A DNA stretch of 63,862 nt, the filler included, from Platydemus manokwari (lineage: Eukaryota): NCBI GenBank assembly GCA_037951405.1. It is 5 parts of 5 records of this genome, joined end to end, with 100 filler letters (N's around TTAATTAATTAA, not from the genome) between each part and the next. Parts side by side here need not be neighbours in the genome. Positions count along the whole stretch, not along the records: positions 30,973 to 42,154 come from JBBMOY010851089.1; positions 42,255 to 63,862 come from JBBMOY011333649.1; 3 more parts are not named here. One strand, given 5' to 3'. Made by a program: the position numbers and the translations under genes. This document shows, piece by piece, positions 41,001 to 53,100 of the stretch. The notes below the pieces were generated by a model. That model had not been told where the DNA came from. It searched no databases and saw only the letters and a program-made list of their open reading frames with translations. Each line of letters starts with the position of its first letter. Position 1 is the first letter of the stretch.

Positions 41001-42254
41001 AAAAAAGCCATATTATCTTTCGAGCTATTACAAATTCAGAAATATTGAAACTGATTTGCTTTCAATCAGTTCAATATTCAGATCACCTAGATCTTCAAGA
41101 AATTTTTGTAGTGATAGAAAAATTAGTTATTTATGTCGGTGTTAACGACAGCAGCAGCATTAATATTTAAATTTACAACTTGTAATAGAAGTATGAACTG
41201 GAATGGAAAAGACAATTAATATCTGGGAATATTCTGTAAATCTTATTTAATCGATATTTTTTTAAAGTTTTATCGGATTTTAATTATTCTTTGCATTGAT
41301 ATCTATGTATGCAATTCGGTGTCTTTTTAGATTAACACTTTGCCGCTCAATATTCTGTTATTAGAAAAATAAATAATTCTCTGCGATTGACAAATAAAAA
41401 TATAACACGAAAAAGGAATTCGTGTTTATTCAATATCAGTTTACTTTGATCCTCAATTCAAAATTACAGACTATCATTAACAGAAAATAGCAAATGTCTG
41501 TCGGAATATTGTATTCATCTAACTAAGTAAAATCGAATTAGTTTGCATGGAAAATTTTCTGACGATTATTGTAATTATATTAACAATGTCTGAATTTGTA
41601 TTCACTGAACTACCAACAATTTTATCGGACTGCATAGAAACGAAACAGTAAATATCAGTTTTAGAATAAATAACTACTTGACCAACAATTGAAAACAAAT
41701 TATTATGCTAGTTAAACAGATTAAGTAATATTAATAAATAACACCAGACAACAATGGATTAAAGCAGAGCAAACAATTTATTTTACATCATTTCATCATC
41801 AAATTTGACAATATATCTTGTAATAAGTGAATGATTGTTTTGGTGTGCCGTTTTTGTCTCACTGCATATGATTATCAATTAATATTGATAAAAATATCGT
41901 GTTAATATTTTGCACAAGATTTAAATTCAAAATACTCTCATTTGAAATATTTATGATAAAATAATGAAGCACTTCAAATTGGTCAAGAATAATATTAATA
42001 AAATTCTTTAACAAGATACAATTTAAAACAAATCGAAGATTTTAATTCATAGCTATTTAAGATGTAGTAATCAAAAAGTTAATGAAAAAATGGAATTTTA
42101 TTTCTATAGTTATAATTATGAAAATAATAGCAATGATTAAGAGATTAATAATAANNNNNNNNNNNNNNNNNNNNNNNNNNNNNNNNNNNNNNNNNNNNTT
42201 AATTAATTAANNNNNNNNNNNNNNNNNNNNNNNNNNNNNNNNNNNNNNNNNNNN

Positions 42255-45200
42255 AACCTTAAGAAAATAAATAATAATTAAAATAGAAAAAGAAGAACTT
42301 AATTTTATTATGAAAACACAATGAAATACAAAATAGAAATGCATAACTTCTGACAAAGATTACAATATATTGAAAATCTACAATTGAAAATACCTGATAT
42401 TTTAAACAAATTTGACATAAATGAAAGAATTAAAAATAAAGGAAAACCATTGCTTCAAAAAACAAATTAAATAAGGAGGTTGAAGAAAAATAATATTCCA
42501 AAATTTTGTTAAATTATGGTATGTCTGAATTTTCTAAACAGCTTTTTAAACTTATTGTAGAAAATCAAACTAAACAACAATTAGTAATAGAATAATAAAA
42601 CAAAAATTTGAAAGCCATTGAAGGAAAATATGAAGAAATATTAGGTCATACTGAAAAACTGAAACAATTTCGGGAGATATTGGAAATTCAAAATTGATTA
42701 TGAATATAGAAGCTTTATCTCAAAGGTTCATTCCTTCTTTATATGAAATTTCTGATGATAGTAAAAATTATCACTACTTGAATATTAGTATTCGAAAATT
42801 TTTAATTGTCAAAATAAAAAATTTTAAGTGAAAAGTTATACAAAACATTAGGGGATAAATTATAAAGTTTTATACTTGGGAAATAAGATAAAAGGAAATA
42901 AAATCTCAAGACATTAAAGATTATTTTGAATTTTTAGCAAACTCGAACATTCCAAATGAACAAAGAACCGAAATAACTTATACTAAAAATAACTAAATTT
43001 ATTAAAGTAAAAGAAAACTAAGGAAAATTATTAAAATTAAAGGAATGAAACCTACTTCGCCAGAAACAGATTTACAAAAGGAAACTTATCGTTAACAAAA
43101 TTTTGATACAATGAAATTATTTTAAGAATTGATAAAATTATTAACAGTTAAGGAAAAGGACATAATAATGCTTATAATTCAATAAATAATATTTTAATAA
43201 AATTATATAAATTAGGGTATATAAATAAGGAAAGAAAAAATGAAATTCTCAAAAAAGTATTTTTGGAGACCACTTGGTACATCATCAAAAACATTTTGAT
43301 TAAATTGATTTATGAAAAAATTTAGAAGAAAATATTTATAAATTTAAAAAAGAATTTAAAAAAAGATTTATATATTATTAAACCACCTGCAACAGCAGCA
43401 ACTTATTTAAATAAATTAATTGGAATTTTTTGGAATTTCAATAAACTTCAAAATATTTGTAAGTTTTTTAAGATACGAAATTGAAATTGAATTAAAGAAA
43501 ATAAAGGAAAATAATGTTAAAATTGATGATAATATAACTTTAGAAAATAATTATTTAGCTCTATGAAATTAACTTTATAAACTGATGAAATTGAAAATAT
43601 AGAAAGTGTTGGCCAAATATCAAGTATGTTAAATTTTATATTATTAAATAAAGCAGACGAAGAGATAAGAGAATTAAAAGATATGATTCCTGATAAAAAT
43701 TTAAGAAAATTCAAAAAAAGACAATAAAGGTTTTAAAAGTTGGATAAGTTTTTATAATTTAAAAAGCATATTCACTGAAGTATTTCCTTTAAAACAATTG
43801 TTTAGATTTATAGAAAGTTGTAATATATTGTTATATCTAATGATGATTAGGTTAATTTTAAATAGAAATATAGATGATAAAAAACAATTTTACGGGACAA
43901 AGGGTGGAAGAAAATTAATAATTGTACCATTAGAATTTTAGATATGCCAAATTTAACTTGAAATCCAGACAATGAATTAAGTTTATTAGATAGATTAAAT
44001 GCGGCTAGATTATCAATTTTTATTTCGATTCCAAAAGGATCAGTATGTACCAGGCAGGTAGCTTTATTAAAAAATAAACAGAGATAGGATTCAAAGGTAA
44101 CATTGAACACACCGTAAATAATTCTAAATTTATTTAGATAATTAGTGATAACAAAATTAAATAATTAAGAGTAAAATTAAATGACTCTAATTATTCAACG
44201 AATAAAATACAATTCGATATAATAAATAATAAACAAATAGAGCCTTATTTAGATTATATCAATTTATGTAAAGAATTTAAAAACAAATCACAGTTGAATA
44301 TGCTAAATTGTCAAAAGTTGCACTCAATATTTTGTTTTGATGTTAATGCTCAAAATTAAAAAATAATAATAAATGGATATACTGTGACAATGGAAATTTA
44401 AAAAGGTTCTGATTTAGAATTTGAAGCTTATTGTTGAATACTAGAAGAAAAAGCTGTTGAAATATTGATTAACAGAAGAAAAGTGTATACTATTCTAAAT
44501 TGAATTTATTTAATTTTTTAAAAAAATGATTAAAGAAGTGGTACATGTCACCGATGATAAACTTTTAAAACAAATAAATAAGACTAAAAACCAAAATCAT
44601 TATAATATTCAAATGGAGAAAAAATATGCTTAAGCCTAGGATTGATGAGCCATCGAAGATATTTGGCCTTGGTTAAAGTTTCTAATGTTTTTTTACGCGG
44701 AATCTGTGCAAACACATTAATTTCGGTGAAGCAGCCAGTAAGAAGACAATATGATGTCATAATTTTATTAATTTAAAAACTAATTTCGAATATATACGCA
44801 AATATCTCAGATATTATCTAACCAAAGGTATAGTAGATAAAAGAAGAATATGTTGAAATTAATAAGTTTTTATATTTAGAAAAATGGGAATAACATTTCT
44901 TGCATATGTTAAACTATTTTAGAGTGCTTTGAATGGAAAAAAATATGTGGTTTAAAACCTAATGAAAAATTAATATTTGTCTTAGAGTTTAAATAATAGC
45001 CAAAGAAGACACAAGATTAGTCATGTTAACAATTAATAATAATGTTTAAAAATTTCACTGTGAACAGTTAGCTGCTATTATTTTGTAAAACATGCATTAA
45101 AAATGAATTAATAACTTATTTATATTTAATTTTATTTTATTATTTAAGGATTGCATATCGAATCTTTAAAATGCTCACATAAATAAATACCTTAATGTAT

Positions 45201-45800
45201 TTATTAAAAACTAATTTCGAGATTTAAATGAAAATAATAAAATAATATTTCAAGAAAGTTATAAAATGATTTAAATAACATATCAGCTATATTTTTCTCC
45301 TTATGTTATTTATATTTTAAATTAAATCATGTTATTAAATTTATATAAATTGAATGCTGACAAAAATTCAAGCTACTACATTGATTTTATATGTCAAACT
45401 ATTTCCAATTAACTCTCATAAACTAAGTTTCCAAATCAATATTTATAACCTTTGATTTGATGTTATCCACATTCATTGAAATTATATTTTTTTTAGTGTT
45501 TATTGACTAATAAAATCTCCTGTATAATAATTTTTGGAAATTAGTTTATCAGGTGAATTACTAAAATGAATAAATTCTCGTTATGTACCGACATTCAATA
45601 ATGATATGATGGTGATTTTTATCAAATGATATGGGAAAATTTAATTTCGGTTATTTCATTATGTTGTTTAAAACTAACTGTTAAATATTTCTTTTTTTGA
45701 ATAAATTTATAAACGCAACAATATTATCTTTTATGAACTGATTAGAATAACGATATTCCAATTGACATCTAATATAATTAAAGGTCTCTAAATTAATGTA
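42255..45800 (+). mobile_element. Degenerate Maverick/Polinton (adintovirus-like) element: coiled-coil ORF, double-jelly-roll major capsid protein (~43240-44500, +), small ORF and probable penton (~45250-45800, -)
   Basis: Interrupted frames give MCP-like motifs 'DNITLENNYL..MKLTL*TDEIENIESVGQISSML', 'ILDMPNLT*NPDNELSLLDRL' and 'VKLNDSNYS...IFCFDVNAQ...EAYC*ILEEK'. The opposite strand gives penton-like 'YTGDFISQ' and 'KGYKY*FGNLVY'. Confidence 0.7.
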
Positions 45801-46585
45801 AATATCATTACCACAAATAATAATATTAAATTAAACACAGCAACATAAAATTGTAATTAAAATTCTAGAGAAAATATTTATCGTAATAGTAAGTAATTAA
45901 ATTTTAGTCGAATTGTCGGGAAAAAAAAGTATTTTAATTCTTTACAAGTATTCAGTTCACAACTTTTAATTCATTAATTTCCAATGGAATAAATAATTCC
46001 CAGACAATGATTGATTGTACAGCAATAATCATCAATAAATTTGGTAATCATTGCAGACATTTTTCATTTCATTGAAATTATCTCTTTAATTGAAGTTTTC
46101 TATTTTCGAAAATTATCAATTTAATATCATTACTCGGCGTATCTTTAATGAGAGTATAATTAACAAGAAATTTACCAAACGTAGAAAATGATTATGAAGT
46201 TCTAAGTTTTATTTCTTTATCCTCCATTTACGTGGTAACTTTCCTTGAAATATTTGTCGAATTATATTTTAATTCACTTCAAGATAATGAAATTAAAATT
46301 GCATTTTAAAAATTAAGTTGGTATTAATCAAAGTGTACTTGGCAAAAAATCAAATTATAGTTGACAATAATAATTTTCATTGATTAATTTCATTGTATGT
46401 CGTTTATATCTAATTATAATTAATAAAGTATAAAACTGATGTATGGATTGTGTATTATAGTCGAAATATAACATTATTAAATTTAATTTTGTCGGTTCAT
46501 CAATCTAATTACAGCTAATTATAAATTTACAGAAAACAGCTTTAATTATCTTAAATATATCTTAAGTAAAGAAATTATAATATTA

Positions 46586-46884
46586 TCTATATAAATAAAA
46601 ATGTAAATATTAGTTTCTTCAAAATCAAAAAACTCCCAAGATTTTTCACCGAAAGCTTTTTAATTTTGTCTCGACTTTGCATTTAAATCCAGGAATATTT
46701 CTAAATGTCACATGTTAGGTATTTGTATTTTAATGATTTCATATTTTCTTAATTAATCTGCATATGAATTTAAATATTTTCTAAATATATATGTGAAAAA
46801 GAATGAGTTGAAAAACTAAAAAGAACGAAACGCTATTTAATTTAACCAATTGAGTCACAGCATCATGTTACCTGGTATAGCCAG
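46586..46884 (+). mobile_element. Non-autonomous Helitron, ~300 bp
   Basis: 5' end A|TCTATATAAATAAAAATG. 3' end gtcacagcatcatgttacctggtatagCCAG|T is a degenerate hairpin plus a CTAG-like end. Inserted between A and T with no TSD. Confidence 0.75.
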
Positions 46885-46899
46885 TTTTAATAAAAATTG

Positions 46900-47800
46900 G
46901 TTCTTCCAGTGTTTAAGAGTAGATTATTCCAAGGATTGGTAACTCGTTCTTTTAATTATTGAATATTTCATTTTCGAAAAGTAATACTTATTAATATATA
47001 TGAACTCTTATCCAATTTGAGTATGAATACTTGTTCAAGTTCGCTATTCTTCCTTTCCTTTGGTAAGCTGTAACTACTCATTCCATTCCTAATTCTTCAA
47101 TCCTTTCCACGTGGATTTAAAATAGAATGTGGAAGTTTGGTTCCTTGTTGAGTGCAAAATATCGTCCTTCATCACACCTTACATGTTCATTAGTAGTTCC
47201 AAATACCATTCATAATTTATGATGAGTTCTTATTCTGATAGTTTTCCGAGAATGGAGAATTATGACTTCCTACTTATTATTTCTAAATAAATTTTAGTAG
47301 GTTTCTCTTTCTTGTATTAATTGATTGATGAATCTATTTGTGCTTTCTGCTTATTAGGTAGCACTCTTAGCTTTCCTTTTTTGCTGTCTTCTTCCGCATG
47401 AGTATCGCTTTTTATTTGGATTCTAAAATTGTTTTTTCATTTTCTATTTTTCTTTATATAAAAATTTCTCTTGATCTTTCTTTTACGTTTCTACATGGAA
47501 ATACATTCTATGAATTATATCCACATGGAAACTTAGCCTGCTGATCTAAAATTTGTTGTAGATTGAATTTTCCATATTTTCTTTTCTTTTCATGTCGCTG
47601 AAATTTTTGGGATTATAGAGTTCTCTTACGTCATAAATACCTCAAAGAATGTTAGAAATTCACGCCATCTTTTACTGCAGCCTGTATCGGTCATCTTTTG
47701 AATTCCGATTTAGCAGTTTATGCACGAAAGAACCTAAACAGTCATGTCTTCTCATTTCCCGTCTTTTCATTTAAGTTAATTCTTTATTAAAGATCAGTGA
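46900..47800 (-). mobile_element. Degenerate LTR-retrotransposon RNase H/integrase relic
   Basis: Fragments 'SKRWREFL' (R..RW motif) and 'FGTTNEHVRCDEG' (FG.P....D.G integrase motif). Confidence 0.4.
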
Positions 47801-48299
47801 TTTTCTAATTTTGTAAAGTTCGCTCTAACAATTCCAAACATATTCGGTAAACTGACAATGAAATATGATATCAGTATATATTTTAATATATTAATATTCA
47901 TTACTTTCCAATTATTTTTCATATAATTTTTATGAATGAAAGTTACTCAATACAATTTAAACATTTTTTTAAATTGAAATTTTTTCAAAAAATCAGAAAT
48001 GTTTATTTTTATTTATATTTTATTTTCATAAAATTCTAATTTTATAATGGATAGAATTATGATTTAATTTGTTCTGATGTTGAATATAGCATTGGTAAAC
48101 CTGCTGACTATCACTTTGTTTTTGCAATTAATAATAATTAATTGACTAAAGTACAAAGGAACCCAAAGTAGACCCATAAAGAAATAGATGTCGATTAATT
48201 GGATTAAATAAAAACATAATTAGATTTCATTATTTGAAAGGATACTGTGATTTTTTATTAAATAACAAATGTAAGGAGTTACCAAATCAATAATATTGA

Positions 48300-49150
48300 A
48301 TTATATGTGAAAATCATTCATTTATTTAGTAGATAAAACTAGGCGTGGATGAGTTTTTCATAAAGTAATTTTATATGTGAATTGTATCAGTCTCTTTGAG
48401 TTCTTTTTACTCTTTAAAAATCCCAAATAAAATTTATTACTGCTACTTCTACTATTCGCATTTCAGACAACTAGCTGGACTTTTCATAAATTTTTAACTT
48501 TTATCAAGAACCAATTCATGCGTTGGTTTTCAATTTTCTGAAGCTATTTTTCAGTACCCTATTTAAAAAATCTTTTCTATTATTTCTTTCGATAGGTTAT
48601 TCATTAAATTGAAGTGATAAAAAAATTGGTTTATATATAATATTTTATAGACGTTTCCAAAATTGAAAAAAATTAATTTTATTACATAGACTCCTCTCAA
48701 TCGACACAGCCAATAGAAAAGACGATATGAATTTCAACATTGGTTTATATTTTACTACTCCATCACTAATGAATGCTGGTCTGATTTTGAAATAAATTAA
48801 GTTTATCAAGCAGTTTGTTCTACTTAAGTTTTAAGTATTTCTTCAAATCTATATACATTCAGATACCAATTGAAATTTATGTGTGAAGATATAACTTCAA
48901 CCACTACTTGTCGAAACCTATTCGAATACGTGCGTTAAAAATCATGTATCGTCTTATCTTACTTTGATTATCTTATCAAGTTCACACTGAGGGATATATC
49001 TAGATCTTTTTATGAAAATTTATATTTGTATCACGCTAGGATCAAATCGCAAAATAATCAATTCAGTTATTTGCAATTAAATGAGACAAGCCATGTGTTA
49101 TTATAAAAAATACCAACTACTACAACGTTGTTCTAAAATTTAAGTGCAAT
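48300..49150 (-). mobile_element. CR1/L2-like LINE RT relic
   Basis: Minus-strand 'MYIDLKK', 'KLLDK' and 'AFISD' fragments in RT order. Very decayed. Confidence 0.35.
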
Positions 49151-49328
49151 TTAAGTGCTATAATATTGAATATCCCAATAATAATTTGGCTATTTCTTTA
49201 GTTGGGCTAATAGTTTTATTACATTTCATGTTCACATTTATTTCATTTCTGCGAAATTTCATTATTGCTTATTGTTTCTAATCCGGCAATCACAAACAAT
49301 CGAGTTCATCATTGAAAATTCTCTAACA

Positions 49329-49732
49329 CAGTGGTTCTCAACCCTGTGGTCACGATCCCAAACGGATTAGCCAAGCGTTTTTAAATGGGCCACCGAATTA
49401 TGGTAGGTGTACAAACCATTACATGTGAAAAATCGTGTTTTATGATGATATAGTTTGTGATAAATAGTTAGTGATGCTGATTAAACTACTTCTGTTTACA
49501 ATTACCTTGACTACCACAGTTAAGTATTTTATTGGTAATGTTCTTATCTAATAATCATATTATTATTATAGGTAATTCATTATTGGTTGTAAATCAATGA
49601 AATGTTGCAAATTGGTTTTATTAAATATGGTTAGTTATGACTTATTTTTAGTAATATTGATTTTCTTTGGGGTCGCCAAGATCTTAAAAATGGGAAAATG
49701 GGTCGTCATAGAAAAAAGGTTGAGAACCGTTG
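49329..49732. mobile_element. Non-autonomous hAT (Charlie/Buster-type) MITE, 404 bp
   Basis: TIRs CAGTGGTTCTCAACC ... GGTTGAGAACCGTTG (2 mismatches). Perfect 8-bp TSD CTCTAACA at 49321-49328 and 49733-49740. Confidence 0.93.
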
Positions 49733-51272
49733 CTCTAACAGAACATAACAATATTAATTTTTATGTTTTTATATAATATTTTAATTATATGAAATTATTC
49801 TATTGGTTTGCATTATCATGAAGCTAAAAATGTACCTATTGCAATGGAAATTACTTTGTGCTTAACAAGTATCCTCATAATAAATGCCTCATAGTATCCA
49901 GATATTGGATTTAAGCCAAAATTAAAAGACTTGGACAATATTTTTTTATTCACTCATCTTGAGTTAGTGAAAATTACAGCTGATTCAAAATTTTATCAAA
50001 TATCAAATGATAACACATATGTGTCCAATATATATCATTCGTTAGTATTATGCCGCCGTCCTTCATGAAACGATTTTTTACTTTTTATGTTGCCAAAAAA
50101 CCATGAATAGAAATTTGTGTTTCAAAAGCCTTATAGCATTTGAACGAATAATCCATTTAAAATGATATTATGGATAATTTCTCATGTGTTTCTCTTCATA
50201 AATTTCAAAACTTCAATCTGTTTTAAGTAACCAATGAATTTCAGATATTTCTTACACGACTATCGATAGTTGTTTCGAACTAATTATAAGTTTTATCAGC
50301 TATCTTTAGATAATTAACACTATTATTAGTCGATAAGCCTTTACAACTCAATAGTTGTAATGGCTGGAAGTATGTCTATTTAAAATAAAAGTTATCTCGT
50401 ATTCTAACAAACAATTGTCTTAAAATTGCGTATGATTTCCACCAAACGGTTTATTTATTATCCAGAAACCAATCGCAGATCCCATGATTATTAGTCTGTC
50501 AGCGAAAATGAATTTATTTCGTGTATTCGTTGACGTTTTGAATAAACGAAAATAAATGACATGTTTATTAGACAATGAAAAATGTTTTCATTAATTCCCG
50601 AATTGAAAGCATATAATATTAAAAAGTAATAATAACCAGAAGAGATTTCGACTAAAAATCAAATGGCATGGAATATCTTTTTACGTATTCGACAAGTGTA
50701 TTTGTGAATTTATGAAGTAACTTTTCTTCTTAATTTTTCTATTCCATGCATATCATTTTTAGGATTAATCATTGATAATGTAATTCAATATTTTTTTATC
50801 AATAAAATAATATTCTCTATTTTTTCATTTACAGGATTTTATAAAACATTTACAGACAACGAAATAAATAGACGCATTTATCTCCATTTCCATTGATGAT
50901 TTTTAATATTTATATGCACGTTTTGTATCATAAAAATGATTTGAAATCACCATATGGAATGTTACTAAGCAACGAAAGATTATTTAAAACAATTGAGAAA
51001 TTGATCCATTATTATTGAATGATGGTGAAAGATATTCATCTTTCAGAAAAGTTTTAAATCGTTATCGAATTATCTGTGTTCCAATTTTCATTATGAAAAT
51101 GAAAATAATTAAACATTTCACTAATGGTATCTTATAAAATTTTTCTCTTAAATGGAAATACTAATAATAAAATAATGTTACCATTTAACCATACGTTTCT
51201 GTTGATATTTCAAGAAATAAACACAGTAAATATATAATTTATTCATATACATATGTTAGCGCTGAAATCTTT

Positions 51273-51479
51273 TCAACCGAAATAGAAACCACCAGTACGA
51301 GATCGTTTGCTATTAGAGTCGAAATCTTTGACGTAACCTATTTCATCCGGATCGAATCGATTTCTTTCTCGGCCATTGATCATTTCTCCGAACATTTTCT
51401 CATGAATATGTGATAAAACGGCTTGAAAGTTTAGTAAAACAAAAAATAATACCAAAGCGACAGTAATTTTATTATTCAT
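51273..51479 (-). CDS. Neuropeptide prohormone (signal peptide plus C-terminal amidated peptide SRTGGFYF-NH2)
   Basis: 68-aa ORF: basic N-terminus, hydrophobic core and likely cleavage near AVLS|H. Dibasic KR is followed by SRTGGFYF-G-stop (amidation Gly). AATAAA lies 30 nt downstream of the stop (51238-51243). Confidence 0.88.
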   Translation of the reverse strand: MNNKITVALVLFFVLLNFQAVLSHIHEKMFGEMINGRERNRFDPDEIGYVKDFDSNSKRSRTGGFYFG

Positions 51480-51489
51480 CTTTGTGCGA

Positions 51490-51572
51490 AACTGATAGAG
51501 ATTAATGGGAGATTGCTTTAATAATAGGGGATTTTCGTTTGATTGGTTATCTAGCGCATCAATTCGGATTGG
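51490..51572 (-). promoter_or_regulatory. Core promoter of the neuropeptide gene (2x CCAAT, TATA-like box, Inr)
   Basis: On the minus strand: CCAAT at 51572-51568 and 51546-51542, TATTAAA starting at 51523, and Inr-like TCAGTT at 51495-51490. The TATA-like box is 30 nt upstream of the Inr A (51493). Confidence 0.7.
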
Positions 51573-52149
51573 TGGACAAACATGAAATCATTAATTAAAT
51601 TAATTATCCAAATGAATTAATAAATCAATTATAGACTGTTTATATAATGCCCTCCAGCAATGGTTTTCTATTATTAATTAGGACCGATTAGTGGGATTTG
51701 AAACTGTTAAAAGAACAATGCCGGAAAGAAACATGTTTTCAATATTTTTTCACCTTAGTTAATAACATTAGCATTTTTGTTAGTATGATAAGAAAATTAA
51801 ACGAGAGATCTAACTTAATTCATTGATTTATTTATCATAAATTAGTTAGGTTTTTGTCTTACGGTACGATTGGTTTTACTTTTATTTCAGAGAGTGATAA
51901 AAGTCACATATAATTAATTATTTTTCAAAACTGTTTTCTTTATTTTCATCGATAAATTTATTTTCTGTTACTGTTGACGAATGCATTTTAGAGGAAATTG
52001 ATTGAAACAAAAGTTTTAATAATTTATACATTTAAACTGAGCCAGTAATATTAAAAATAATGATTTTCATTCCCTATCCCTATACTTTGTATGATTTCTG
52101 AAACATTATAATTTTTCTTCCCATTTCAAACTTATTTTGAATTTATTTA

Positions 52150-53100
52150 TTCTTCTCCAATCACCAGAAACTGCAAAAGATGGCCTCAATTTCATGATTC
52201 TAATTATCTTTATGAATTTTTAAAACGATATTTTGTTAAAATTCTATTTTAAATTAACTTTACCAACCAGTGCCGAGACAGCCCAGAAAAATACACATCC
52301 AACTATAAGATAATCAATTAATTTTAGGTTTGCTAGTTATGATTTTATTATTTAAAATATCCATAATGGAATTTTAATCATGTCATTGTAAGTCAATATC
52401 AGATCTTTGAGGAGAAATCAGGAACATGAGGAATATTATTTCTACATTAACCGACAATCGCAATATTAACTGAATAACGGAAAATTGTAAAATATTTATA
52501 TAAAATTGGAATATTGTTGGGAAAAACATTCACTGTAAACATAGAAGTTCTGTTCTCGCAATAAGAATCTTTTACTTAAAATTAAATTTTCAAAATAATT
52601 ACATAATTCGAATCAGATTAATTGTGAAAGCCCTTTCTGAACTAATTCTCGAACCATTGTTAATACATTTCGATCAAGCATAGAATATGTTATGGAATAC
52701 GAAGCTGAGTCGTTCACATAAACTTCAGCCTATAATCAATCTTGTAAACACATATTCGGTACGATACTCAACAATGAAAGATAAATAAACTAAAATTACA
52801 ACAAGGTATAGAGAAAATCAATTCCGAACAATTTGTGAAAAAAATTTATTAAGTATTATTTTACTGAGTTTCTTTACGTGGCAGTAATCTTTCAACAATC
52901 GTTAAAAGCCAACATTCCCTTATATAATATCGATATAAATCCACATTAATGTCAAACAAGGTCAAAATTCGAAAAACATTTCATAACATCTGTTGCTGGA
53001 GAGGCAACTAGACAATTGTAACTTTCATATCGATAACATTAAAACTGTTGTCTGAGCATAAGAGATCAAATACATTGAAAAGTAAAACAAGGCATTTTGA
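52150..53100 (+). mobile_element. Probable piggyBac transposase relic
   Basis: Fragments 'AKDGL', 'IFEEKSG', 'LIHFD' and 'NFHIDN' in piggyBac order. Decayed. Confidence 0.4.
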
